The notes under the pieces were generated by a model. The model did no database searches. It was not told where the DNA came from and worked only from the letters and a program-made list of their open reading frames with translations. Of a DNA stretch of 55,185 nt, positions 1 to 12,214 are shown one piece after another. How positions within the stretch are numbered: the first letter of the stretch is position 1; every line of letters starts with the position of its first letter. The position numbers were made by a program, and so were the translations under genes. This DNA comes from Octopus bimaculoides (Eukaryota). The DNA is taken from the NCBI RefSeq assembly GCF_001194135.2, contig NC_069004.1, forward strand, positions 19,374,211 through 19,429,395, read 5' to 3'.

Positions 1-527
1 TATATATATACATATATACGACAGGCTTCTCTCAGTTTCTGTCTACCAAATCCACTCACAAGGTTTTGGTCGGCCCAAGGCTATAGTAGAAGACACTTGC
101 CCAAGGTGTCACGCAGTGGGACTGAACCTGGAACTATGTGGTTCGTAAGCAAGCTACTTACCACACAGCCACTTCTATATACGAGTTTTTTCCCAACCAA
201 GCTCTTTGATCTGTGATGTGATGGTCTCAACACACAGATGTATGAAATTTAAATCATTTAAGTTTTAGCTTATTGTTAACACCTCATGGCTTGTGATTTA
301 AATAAACAATGCATCTATGGCTACATCATTGACTAATGTAGCCTTCCTTTTTCAGTAAGGGTGTGATCTGAAAGAGATTTGGCTACTATTTAAGTTAAAT
401 AATCATGTAGAGCAGTGGTTCTCATCCAGGGTTCATCTGACCCCGAGGGGTCCACACATACAAAATGATGAATTAGGGATCTACAGTAGTATTTTGCTTT
501 AGATGTATGTATTGCAAGAAACAACTA

Positions 528-2178
528 CAAGCTTAAAAGTTGATAGTCTGATCAGGATACTCATGGAATGTGACCAAATGAGGTTTGGTTTTCAACATAG
601 TTCTCCTTGCGGTTCACACACTTCTTTCAATACTGTTGCAGTGCTTAGATCCCATTGGTGAAAAGGCTTTCATCCTGCTGGTCAAAGAATGTCATCAACA
701 GCAGATAGGACATTATCATCGCTGTGATATCGGTTCCTAGCCAAGTGTTTTTCCATGTTGTGGAACAGATAATAGTCAAACAGGGCCAAATCAGAAGAAT
801 AGGGAAGGTGATCAACCAGTTCAAAGTCACAGTTACACCCAACAGCCATTAAAAGCAAGGACTAGTGTGATGGAGCATTGTCCTGATGAAACAAGGCCCC
901 TTTCATCAGTTCTCCTGGGCTTTTGGTTTTGATAGCCTTTTGTAACTGCCTCAGCAAGTTGGCACAGTATTCTTCATTGATGGTGTGGCTCTTTTGAAAA
1001 TAGTTAATAAACACATTTCTTTTTGCATGCCAAAAAACTGGGGCCATCACCTTCCCTGCAAATGAAATGGCCTTAGCCTTCTTTGGAGCAAGTGAGAAGG
1101 GATGTTTCCACTGCATGGATTGTCTCTTTGTCCTTGGCTCAAAGTGATGAAGCCAACACTCATCCTAGGTTAGGAACTGTTCAAGGAAACCAGCTGGATC
1201 TTCCTCAAACAATGACAGATTTTGCCATGATGTGATCAAAGATGTAGCACATACTAATCAGAAACTTTGTCATCCCAAGTTCATTGCGCAGAATATTCTC
1301 AACTCTCTCATGAAATATGCTAATCATCATCATCATCATCATCATCATCATTCAGTGTCCATTTTCCTTGCTAGCATGGGTTGGACGGTTTGACTGAAAG
1401 TGGCACAGTAAAGGGCTGCAATAGGTTCCATAGTGTGTTTTGGCTTGGTTTCTGCAGCTTGATGCTCTTCTTAATGCCAACCACTTTACAGTTTATCCTG
1501 GGTGCTTTTTTACATGACACCAGCACCAATGCTTTTTACATGATACCAGCACCAATACTTTTTATGTGGCACCAGTACATACTTTTTACATGGTACCAGT
1601 ACCCACACCAATGCTTTTTACATGGTACCAGCACCCACACCAATGCTTTTTTTATATGGCATCTTGGTTTTAGGACATTGCTTCTTTTATGTGGCACCTA
1701 TAGCATTGGCTTATTTGATTTATAGTCACTTGCCTGTCATCCATCACCATGTGGTGAACATGATCAATGTTTTCCTTGGTGCTGGCAGTTGCAGGACATC
1801 CAGACCTTGGGTCATTTTCAAGACTCTCCCTTCCCCCTCCTAAATTCAGTCACCCACTTTTGCACTGTTGATAAAGCTGGAGCATCATCCCCTAATATAG
1901 CAACCATGTCAGCATGAAAGTTCTTAGAGTGGGGTGGGGGAGCTAAACCTTTTCTTTGTAGGTATTTGATAACACCACAATGCCAAATTTTGTTGATTTT
2001 TCAAAAGAAGTTACTACTAGTTACTTTTGAAGTCTTCTTTAAACAGCCAAGTGTCAGTTCACCCGGAATGAAACAATACAATTGCTAAGAAGAAGAGCTG
2101 AAATCAATGCATGCGAGATTTGACAGTTCTGACATCACTCCTTCATAGTCAACCCATGAACTTTTCAGTCCACCCTCA
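528..2178 (-). mobile_element. Degenerate full-length-size mariner transposon, interrupted by a SINE
   Basis: Minus-strand transposase remnants: N-terminal HADMVAILGDDAPALSTVQKW...DPRSG (~1700-1920), ORF 862..1116 WKHP..PKKAK..AGKVMA.VFW..FHQDNAPSH, and C-terminal part (~590-850). Degenerate TIRs at ~528-552 and ~2148-2178, flanked by TA. Confidence 0.85.
1325..1698 (-). mobile_element. SINE family C ((GAT)n-tailed) inserted into the mariner transposase
   Basis: (CAT)n run followed by the reverse complement of the GCATGGAAA...GGACGTTAAA end shared with many copies in this window. It splits the mariner ANA|ISISHE region. Confidence 0.75.
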
Positions 2179-2565
2179 TAGCTTTCTTTACATAGCTTAA
2201 CATGTTTCTGGCCTCTGAAACATATTCTCTCAGTGAGTGCGATAGCAAACTTATGCAAATAAATATGGGAAAGAAAACAAAATAGGAATTTTGAAAGAAG
2301 TATCTATAAAACTAGTTTTTAAACATCGAATGGCTACGGGGGTCTACCAGAATAAAATAGAAACCCAAGGGGTTCATAGATAAAAAAATGGTTGAGAATC
2401 ACTGATGTAGAGGCTCCCTCATTGGCTCAGTTGTTTTCAGAAGTGCTGCAAAGTTTTATGACAGATCAACCATAAACAAATATTCATTCGAGAGGTACAA
2501 AGTTCATTTCTCTGTACAGGTTTGCTGACCGCTTCTTTTTTTCTATCTTACAAGGGTATTTACTC

Positions 2566-4146
2566 AATTAGAGTAACTGTCAAGGAACCACAATCTCCTG
2601 CTAAATTAAAAGCAATGAACTCATTCTACCAGTATTTCTTAACCTATTTTGAGTGGTGGTTCATATACATAATTGTATAAGACAGAGTGTGATAAAAGAG
2701 GAGAAAGATATAATGATTCACAATTTCATGACCAGACCTGTGAATTTGCTTAGTTGATCTGCAGTTCATTGAGGTCCTCTATGAGGTTGCTCAAACTAGT
2801 CGAAAATAGCAACCAAATAAATTTGGATCAGTTACTTCAGGATCAGTTATGGGAGTGCTGTTAGAGATAAGGATATTTACCTGATTTTCTAAGTTGTCTT
2901 CACAGCCATCCCACATATGAGAATTCCACTGAGAATTCTTTTATTTTCTGTAAAATATTCATTAATTAATCAATGAAGGAAAAAAAATGATCAAATGAGA
3001 AAAAAAAAACTTTGTATTTTTAGTTACTAATGGTTGAATGGAGATATAAAGTTTTGACTGAACAATGACTGTACAATGTCCTGATGTGTTTTAACTTGAG
3101 ATAAATTATTTGTCAAAACCAAAATTATTTTAAGAAATGGTCTCCAAACATTACTTCTAAAAATCATTCATTTGTTATTTTGATTAATAGAAAAACATCA
3201 GTGACAAGTTGTCTCAGGGCCTTCAAGAGAAATTTAACAAGACAGAACCAAAGTACTTTTGGATTCCAGAAAATGGAACCCTCTCAAAGTTCAAGGGACT
3301 TCATGAGGTTTTAGGGAAGGACCTGGCAGATAGTTGTGGTACCCATACTGCTGAATTCCTTTCTTATAGGTCCAAACTCACCTCTGAACCTCAACCTGTC
3401 CTGTTTTTACCCAACACACACTAGAACTGCTATCCCATAGAGTAAACACTTAGATTCACTTTCCCAATCTGGTGAAATAAACCATGACATTTTCATCGTA
3501 ACTGACAGAGTGCCTATAAATCTTATATTGTTAATCAACTCCAAACTCCAGTAAACCGAGGCCATTGACATAAAACCTCTTCGCTTTTATTTCAAATGCA
3601 CAGCACATACACACTCAAAGAGAGACTTCACTTTTCAATCACCTTCCACCAGTCTGCCATGCCTCTTAAATGGAACTGTCGTCTAATATTTTCTCTTTCT
3701 TCTGACCCACCAACCATTTTCATCTTTCCTAATCATTCCCCTCTTCTATTTCAAGGGACAAAAACTTGTTTCAATTCACAGAAACTACCTACTCTCGTGT
3801 AATTCACAACTCAGTACATATAAAGGTTTTCATCCTATACATCACAAGTATTCCTTCATCTCCAACAGCACCCTCAAAACTGATCCTGAAGCTTAGCTCC
3901 AGATTTACTTGGCTGCTATTTTCGACTAGTTTGAGCAACCATATAGAGGACCTCACTGAACTGCAGTACAACTATGCAAACTTGCAGGTCTGGTCATGAA
4001 ATTGTGAATCATTATATCTCCTTTCTCCTCTTCATACAATTATGTATTTGAACCACCACTCAAAATGGGTTAAAATTTACTGGTAGAATGAGTTCGTTGC
4101 TTTTAGTTTAGCAGGAGATTGTGGTTCCTTGACAGTTACTCTAATT
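2566..4146. repeat. Pair of ~280-bp inverted repeats (2566-2848 / 3878-4146) around a ~1-kb spacer
   Basis: AATTAGAGTAACTGTCAAGGAACCACAATCTCCTGCTAAA...TTCAGGATCAGTT is found as its reverse complement at 3878-4146, with scattered mismatches and small indels. Confidence 0.9.
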
Positions 4147-5294
4147 CTTAATATTCAAAATTTAAAGATCAGTGGGGCAAAGAGAGAGAGGGGGGACGGA
4201 GGTTACTTTCTTTATCTCCTTCCGAGTCAATAAAATTATTATGAACAGTCAATGTCACAGAAAATATTCTCATTTCCTGGGTCCAATGTAACTTTTGGCG
4301 TTCCTAGCCAGAGAAAATGTTGCGTTTCGTCACACATTCGCTCTTCACCTTTGTTACTGCTAATATATTGGAGTTCGATTAATCAACCAAATATCTTTAT
4401 CTCATACACAATATTTTACATAATGCTTGCTCTATGAGACATTCTCATTACCAGCTAGCGACCGAATCTCACCACTTTTTTCGGCACCTTCCAACAGAAC
4501 CTTTCCTTTCCTTTCAGCAGTGCCAAGCAATATTGATAACATCAGAGAATGTCCATATTCATTTAGCCCACATCGTATCAGGGTTTGTTTTGTTTTTTAA
4601 CACTATCATAATTGTAGCTACCTACGTGAAAGGAGGATTACCGAAAGGAGATAACACTAGTGCCGTTTTAAGAAATGAGCACACCAGACAGCTGTCCGGG
4701 ATCGCGCATATCAAGAACTCCAGTGTTAATCCATATATGCTGAGACTTGCTATCAGTAAATAAATAACTATAGGTCCCAGTAAAGCGTGAGAGGGGAGCG
4801 AGCTATAATGCTGTCAAGATAACCCTGGATAACATGGCATAACTACAGAGTTGTACCCCCCAGACTTTGGAAGGTCATAACTTTCTGTAGTTATGCCCAT
4901 AACATAACTAGTTTTCAGTTCTTATATATTAATTCTCTCGTCTTATGGAAAGAAAATCATACAAACAAATTTGTTAATCCTTTTCCTGCGAGAATTTAAC
5001 TTATAACGATAGAAAAATATCTACACAGATGACACCAAATTATTTACATAACAGGTAGTCTATGGGGAGAAGACAAGAATGAATGAGTTAAAAAATGTGA
5101 AAAGTTTGTCACCAAACTTATCTCAGTTCTGTCCCTTGTGAGAAGAGGACGTGGCTGGATTCTCGTTGATCAGCAATAATGTTGTGTGTTTCGAGCATGT
5201 GCTTGAATATGGTTTGAACGTAAAACCACGTAAAAGAGAAAAATAGTAACAACTTACATCTGCCAGTGTAACAAAACATTTATATTGACTAAAG

Positions 5295-5372
5295 ATGCAT
5301 GCACTAAGACAGCGACCTGATGTTTACTCGCAACACACCTCTATGCTTCCTATATATATCGTGGGATTCTTG
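5295..5372 (+). CDS. MFSD9: MFSD9-like MFS transporter, coding exon 1 (MHALRQRPDVYSQHTSMLPIYIVGFL)
   Basis: ATG at 5295 with an in-frame TGA at 5286. Ends YIVGFL, then donor GTAAGT at 5373. Resembles the recalled human MFSD9 LYLVGFL|DLFGVSM junction. Phase 0 joins exon 2. Confidence 0.85.
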
Positions 5373-5429
5373 GTAAGTAATCTTGCCTGCTGATAGCAGT
5401 TATTAACTACTTTATCTTTCTGTTCACAT

Positions 5430-5680
5430 AAACTACAGCCAATTGGTATTTTATTTACAAGCCAATGAGGAAGCCACCATGTGGTCGCTTGACCTGCTAG
5501 AGATAACAGCCAGACGTTCGCTTGATCTATTAGAAATAACAACCATACTCCTTCAAATCACATCATAACTTTCTAAAACGGGAAGGGCACATTTGATATT
5601 ATAATCCTCGATATACAAGCTGGAATGCTTTTGATCAAAAGTCAGGCGGGTCAAAGCTGACCTGGGGTTGAATAACAATT
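5430..5680 (+). mobile_element. Interspersed repeat family E (SINE-like); related copies at ~340-412/2413-2460 (-), ~7300-7500 and ~22800-22870
   Basis: Shared GAAGCC..CAT..GTCG.T.GACCTGCTAGA.ATAGCAGCCAAAT...CAAATCACA...GCTGGAATGC.TTTGATC...GGGCTGA.C core. Confidence 0.6.
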
Positions 5681-8600
5681 CATAAACACTTGCCTATCTC
5701 CGCTCCTTCTTTTTGTTGTTTACTTCACGTCTCTTAACGATTACAAACATACGTTCATATTGTTTATTTAAATCATTAATTCATTAAGACCCATAGATTA
5801 GTAGATAAGAGCTCGGTTTATATAAATAAGCATAAAAGAAGCTGACTTTTTAGCCTCTGTAAGGTGGGGGTTATTCACGAAACAATCCATTTTACCGAAG
5901 TAGTTCAGTAGAAATGTATTTTACTCGATCTCATCTCTACATTTTAAGTTTGTATGGTGCCAAGGTTGAATGTTAACCTTTCGTCATTCTAGAATCGAAC
6001 TAATAATTTGTGACAGATCTTAGAAATGTAATAACTTCTAAGGAAGCCTTCATGCGTTGGATTTGCGGTGGAATTTTGGAATAACAGTCTCCCATACCTC
6101 ATGGGAGAATAAGAATGGTACGGAACAGAGAGGAGACAATGTTTAGGACCGTTATTTGTTATATAAATCACAGAAATACTAAAATAATCCTTTCTACTAT
6201 ACGCACAAAGCCTGAAATTTGGGGGAGGGGCTAATTTACCTCGGCCGTATTTGAATTCAAAACGTAGACAGACGAAATACCACTAAACATTTAGTCCGGC
6301 GTGTTAATGATTCTTTCAGCTCACCACCTTAATATTAATATTAATAATAATAATACTGGTTTCAAATTTTGGCACAAGGCTAGCAATTTCGGTGGGAGTG
6401 AGCAAGTCGATTACCTCGATTCCAGTATTCAACTGGTACTTATTTTATCGACCCCGAAAGGCTGCAAAGCAAAGTCAACCTCGGTGGAATTTAAACTCAG
6501 AACTTAAAAAGTCAGTCGAAATACCGCTAAGTGTTTTGTCCAGCGTGCTAATAATAATAATAATAATAAAGGAAAAAGAAGTTTCGTTTTCTTTTCCCAT
6601 GAAGTATGGAATTTCAAGGGACATCTAATCCAAAATTCAGCTAGATTTGCTTGGACATATTTTTGACAATATCATCTAAATCCTTCTAGATCTTCCTTTA
6701 ACTGTAGTCTGGTTGTGTGGGATTAATTAAAAAATAGAAAAAACTTTTTAGGGTGTGCGTGTTTGTGTATGTGGAATGACAGAATCGTTAGAGCTTCGGA
6801 CACAAAATGCTTTTCGCGTTCTGAGTCCGCTTCCTGTCGTAGTAAACTTTACCTTTCGTCCTTCCGAAAGGTACAAAATAAAATAATAATCAATTACTGA
6901 GGTCGGTTTAATATTTGCATAAAGCATACTAGATGTGAATGGAAATATAACAGAGGCATTTTTTCGTGCCATAGAAGAATATAAGACATCGCTAATAAGG
7001 AAACGACCAGCTTGTAACGTAAATATTAAACGTATGTAACTATAACGAGGAAATTTTCCATGTATGCATGTTGCATAGTTGTTTGTTATGTAGGAACCAT
7101 CGTATATAATTGTAGTGAGCCTAAAGAAATGCCTTAAATTTATTAAAATTATATTCATAATGGAGAAAAGGGTGGAGTAACCATCACGAATTTGTATGTA
7201 GGGGTGGGGGTGGAATAACCACCATGAATTGTGTGTATGTTAAGTTGTAATGATTACAAGTCATAGTTGTGTACTTAGGTGTACCTTTAGAACCGAAAGC
7301 ATTTTGATAAGACAACAAGGAAGCCTTCATGCGGTCGTTCAGCCTGTTAGAAAGAGCAGTTTAAATTCCTATCAAATCACACCCTACTGTCTCAAGAGTA
7401 AGGGTGTATATCTGGAGAGAAAGACAGGATGGTCGAAGCTGGAATGCTTTTTCATCGTAAGTCTTCTCTGTCAGGGCTGATCAGAGTTATATAACAATAG
7501 TAAAATTTTCCCAAAATTCCTTTCATATTGCGTTCAGATATTGTACGTTTGTACATGTTTACCACTTCAATAAATTGAAAAATTGCGCTAAGTTTTAAAC
7601 GTTTTTAAGAACAGGATAAACATGTTTTTAATAGATGTCTTTTTCACTCGTTTCCAGCTTACTTTCATTCCCACGTACATACTACTTATTTATCGATTGC
7701 TCCATTGAAATATTTTCTGCTTACATTGCAAGTATTGCCTCCGTATAATTATTTCTCGTGGTTTGTTGGAAACAAAACAATGCCTCTCACTCAGAATCGA
7801 ATTGTCATTTTTTTTAATGTTCCGACTGAATGAGAGATATAGTAATATTGGTTTCAATGTTTTGCACAAAGCCAGCAAATTTTTTAGGAGTCGGGTGCGG
7901 AATAGTTGATTACATCGACCCCAGTATTCAACTGGTACTTATTTTATCGACACCGAAATGATGAAAGACATAGTCGACCTCAACGGAATTTGAACTCAAA
8001 ACGGAAAGACGATGCCCAGCGTGCTATCGACTCTGTCTGCTCGCCGCCTTAAATTTTTTTAGGAACAAGGGATTAGTCTATTACATTGAACTCCATTGCT
8101 CAACCGGTACTTATTTTATCGACCCGAAAAGATGAAAGGCAAGGAATAAGCATAGACCTTTGTTGTCCATTGCTTTGATGCTTAGCTCCTAATAGGACAA
8201 GCAGACCTATGCTCAAAGTATCTCCAACTTTTACCATCCTATAACTTTAGAATAGTTATTTATTTTTATAACCCTGGTAACTCTTCTATCAGTCTCTTGC
8301 CGAACCGCTCGCTAAGTTATAGGGGCGTAAACAAGTCAACACCGGCGGTAGGGGAAAAACACACACACACGACGGGATTCTTTCAGTTTCCGCCTACCAA
8401 ACCCACTCGCAAGGCTTTGTTTGGCTTGGGGCTATAGTAGAATACGCGTGCCACGCAGTAGAACTGAACCTGGAACCATGTAGTTGGATAGCAAACTTAC
8501 AACTCAGCCACAAAAATATTGGGCATTAAATGAATATAGGATTTCAAGTGGAGATTTTAAACAAGATTAGGTATCTAACCCTGGAATCATTCTCTTCGTT

Positions 8601-9140
8601 ACTTTACGGTACCTAAAATGGTACCTAACACAAATCAAAGTTTTAAGCTTTCAAACTAAGCTTCAAGTTTTAATTCCCAGTTGTTGCCATCTCACTTCTG
8701 GTAACTCTATAGGAAAGGCATGCTTGTTACAACATGCTTTTTTCTTTTATTTTAAACTTCGTTCTTTTGAATACAAAAGAAGCCACTACTGGTATTGGCC
8801 GTAGCAACCCATTTCTTTCTCAGTGGCATTTTCTGTGGGTGGTCAGTTTTCCCATTAACGGTAGGAAAGTTAGTTTTTTTTCCCCCTGTAAGAAGGTGGA
8901 GTGTTCAATTTTCCTATAGGAGGATGGAGAGAAGGTTCGATTTTTTTTCTCCTAACTTAGCTAGTGTTGGGCATATTTAATAGAGGAAACATTAAAAACA
9001 ACTAACTTGAAATAAACGGGACGAAGTAAAGAAAAATATAGTTGTCAATGGGTAAAGTATGGGAGATAACTCTTGAACGTATTTCAGTCTGAGATGTCAT
9101 CATTGATGAAATGGATGGAAGAATTACTAAATATATGTAC

Positions 9141-9279
9141 AGGCGTGGCTGTATGGTAAGAAGCTTGCTTCCCAACCACATGATTCCAGGTTCAGTTCCA
9201 CTAACTGGAACCTTGAGTAAGTATCTTCTACTCTAGTCTTGGGCCGACCAAAGTAGACGGAAACTTAAAGAAGCCCGTC

Positions 9280-9325
<46 letters not shown>

Positions 9326-9545
9326 TACACTTTGATCTTAGCCAAAAGGCGGTCCCCCACCACCGCTAGACAACCGGTGCTAGTGTGTTTACGTCCCCGT
9401 AACTTAGAGGATTCGGCAAAAAGAGACCGATAGAATAAGTACCAGGCTTACAAAAAGTAAGTACTGGGGTTGATTCATTCAACTAAAAATTCTTCCGGGC
9501 AGTGCTCCAACATGACCACAGTCTAATAACTGAAACAAGTCAAAG
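9141..9545 (+). mobile_element. SINE family A (tRNA-type head, internal microsatellite); other copies ~1-176(-), 8290-8510(-), 13669-14105(+), 14625-14930(+), 14935-15315(-), 17196-17570(+), 24148-24300(+), 29275-29645(-), 29670-30020(-), 45060-45447(-), 45487-45880(+), 53360-53500(+), 54880-55185(-)
   Basis: Recurrent GGCGTGGCTGTGTGGTAAG...GGTTCAGTCCCACTG (A/B-box-like), CCTTGGGCAAGTGTCTTCTACTATAGC, GGAAACTGAAAGAAGCCCGTCG and the 3' GCTCCAGCATGGCCGCAGTCAAATGACTGAAACAAG. Confidence 0.85.
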
Positions 9546-9645
9546 ATAAGAGATAATTGTTGGCAAGTGAAAATAGATATGTTCAGAAATGAATTAACTT
9601 GTCCTTCTATAATTAAACATTGCAACCTTGTAATTCTTGTTAGGG

Positions 9646-9905
9646 CAGTGGCTTCCAAGCATTTTTTGCCTAATGGACCCCTTTGATTCCTATTTTATTC
9701 TATGGGACCCTCATAGCCATTTGATGTTTAAAAAAAGTCCCATCATATTTTTATAATGAAATATTATTAGGAATTATATTAAAAAGAATTACTAAAATAT
9801 TTTTTGCCTTGTAGAAGTATAACCAATTTATTGCTGATAAATTTTAACAACAGAATCTTATATGGACCCCACAAGGGCCACGTGGGCTCTGGTTGAGAAC
9901 CACTG
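9646..9905. mobile_element. hAT-like MITE related to the one at 413
   Basis: Starts CAGTGGCTTCCAAGC and ends GGTTGAGAACCACTG. The TSD is only partly preserved (GTTAG). Confidence 0.6.
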
Positions 9906-11116
9906 AGTTAGACCATTAGTTAGTGGATTTAGAAAAGGCAAACTAGTAGAACAGTGTTATGCATAATATGTCTAGAACTAGTGTCTTCGACCTGGTTGTT
10001 AACAGTCACAGCATTTTGGTTGTTGACCTTCCTGCATTCTCCAGGTCGTATTCAGGGACTTTAAAAAAAAATTCAAATGCAGTTTCCTGGATAAATAGTT
10101 CACTTATGCTTCTAACACTCATCAGAAAGACATGGATGTTGCATCATCTACTTTTTATCCGTGACTTTGCTTTAATAAAAACCCGATATACACATAAGAC
10201 CTCTTAAACCCATTCTATGGTTTGGCAACCAAAACCAAAGCCTTGTGAATAGATTTGGTAAATGGAAACTGAAAGAAGTTGTTTATATAAGTGTACATGT
10301 GCATGTGCGTCTGTCTCCCTGCCTTAACATCACGTGATCATAAGAGAGTGTTACCATTATACTAGCAGTGTCTTTTATTTCCAGTCTTCTGTGAAAGCAT
10401 GTCAGACCATTGGGAAATATTACCTTACTTGGAAACAGGTGAGGGTTGGTGACAGGAAGGGCACCTGACTGTAGAAAATCTGTCTCAACAAATTCTGTCT
10501 GACCCATGCAGCATGAAAAAGTGGACATTAAAACAATGGCAATGATGATGATGATGATTACAGGGGACAAACAGATCTTTGCTCAAAAGCTTCATTAGTT
10601 GTATTATTTGTTGTTTTAAGTTTTGCTCTAGCTTTGAGAAGACATCAATACCTGGAAAATGAGACAGTTACCCATAACATGTTAATTGCCACATATACCA
10701 CCAATGGTCCATCCCAAACATCACACAAGTGCCTTATGCACCTCTGGTGGTACATTTTCATAATTTGAGAAGATTTTCTATTCTATTTCTTTGACATGGT
10801 TTTGAGGATATTTATATAACATGAGTGCAAAGTTTAAAGTTTAATTACAAAATATTGTAAAATCCCCCCCAAAATTGTAGAGTGATTGGAAATATGTATT
10901 TCGTTTTTGGGTTTGGTTTGCAAGATTCTTTATGTGAGTTCGTGTGTTGAAGCATATTCTGTTGTGTCTGGGGAGAATCATTTTCTTTTTGTGCCTTATA
11001 ATTTAACACTCACCAGTAAAATTTTTGCAACCTTTTCAATTGTCTTGACAGAGTCAAGACTATTGAAAAGGTTGCAAAAATGCAACAAAAGTTTTAGGAA
11101 AATAAAAATAAGAAAT

Positions 11117-11392
11117 AAGTGGAAATATATAGTATCATCAATAAGTTCTAAGTGGAAGTATATAGTATCACCAATAAGTTCTAAGTGGAAATATATAGTA
11201 TCACCAATAAGTTCTAAGTGGAAATATATAGTATCACCAATAAGTTCTAAGTGGAAATATATAGTATCACNNNNNNNNNNACCAATAAGTTCTAAGTGGA
11301 AATATATAGTATCACCAATAAGTTCTAAGTGGAAATATATAGTATCACCAATAAGTTCTAAGTGGAAATATATAGTATCACCAATAAGTTCT
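11117..11392 (+). repeat. 33-bp minisatellite (AAGTGGAAATATATAGTATCACCAATAAGTTCT), about 8 copies visible, with an internal 10-N gap
   Basis: Head-to-tail near-identical units with no spacers, in MFSD9 intron 1. Confidence 0.97.
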
Positions 11393-12076
11393 AGTGACAG
11401 ACTGGTGGTTAATGTGCTAAGGGTCAGTTTCTGTTTTCCATCATTTTGCTATGATAGGTCCCAAAGTTGCTGAATTTAAGCAGTTCAGCTTGTATTAAGT
11501 TGGCAGAAATGGCAAAAAATAAGAATAAACCATCATCATCATCATCCCTTAATGTCTATTTTCCAAGCTGGCATTGGCTGGACAGTTTGACCCGAGCTAG
11601 CAAGCAGGAGAGCTGCACCAGGTTCCAGTCTGATTTGGCTTGGTTTCTGCTGCTGGATGCCCTTCCTAATCCCAACCACTTTGCAGAATGTGCTGGGTGC
11701 TTTTAATGTGGCACCAGCACAAGTGCTTTTTACATGGCACAGGGCTCTTGCAGGCCAATCTTCTTCATCANNNNNNNNNNCATTTCTGCTGTGGAGGACA
11801 GGTTTTCTTGAGTACCACAAGGCACCAGATATATCAGTCTTTTGTCATCTCCTTAAAGTTCAGTGTCCTCAGGTCATTCTTCAGTAAATGGTTAGCAATA
11901 TTTAGTTTTGTCTTTCTATGTTTTAGGTTCAAATGAAAATTTCAGAATGGAGTTTACCTTTCATTTTTTTGAGTAACATATAAATCATTTGTCCTCAACT
12001 GATTGAGTAAGAACTCAATTCTCTAAAATGCTCTCTTCTTTCTTTCTTTCTTTTTTCTTTTTTTTTTTTTTGTCAG

Positions 12077-12164
12077 GACTTACTTGGTGTCAGCATGATC
12101 TTACCATTGATAGGACCGCATGTGAGGGATATGGGGGCTTCGTCAACCGTTGTAGGAGCTCTAG
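12077..12164 (+). CDS. MFSD9: MFSD9-like exon 2 (DLLGVSMILPLIGPHVRDMGASSTVVGAL-G)
   Basis: Poly-T tract plus CAG acceptor, GTAAGA donor, 88 nt. Matches recalled MFSD9 [29 protein letters not shown]. Confidence 0.92.
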
Positions 12165-12214
12165 GTAAGAATGACAAATTTTCTTTTCAATTAGAAACTA
12201 CCCCTTGAGTGACA

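Larger units (their letters stand above)
413..2404. mobile_element. hAT-type non-autonomous element (MITE) with 8-bp TSD, interrupted by a mariner
   Basis: Termini CAGTGGTTCTCATCC (413) and GGTTGAGAATCACTG (ends 2404). ATGTAGAG is duplicated at 405-412 and 2405-2412. An 8-bp TSD and CAG..CTG ends are hAT hallmarks. Confidence 0.8.

Noticed and set aside
4434-4763. 109-aa ORF upstream of MFSD9
   Set aside because: No recognisable similarity and no splice support linking it to anything.
5252-5295. Minus-strand GTAAGT donor near the MFSD9 start, suggesting a divergent overlapping gene
   Set aside because: It is a single 6-mer with no ORF or downstream exon found to support it.
6748-7158. 136-aa minus-strand ORF in MFSD9 intron 1
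   Set aside because: It has no recognisable motif and partly overlaps a decayed family-B SINE.
11117-11392. 33-bp repeats as a CRISPR array or a real repeat protein (ORF 10886..11473)
   Set aside because: There are no spacers and the context is a eukaryotic intron. The ORF starts at TTG, spans a gap and has no recognisable domain.
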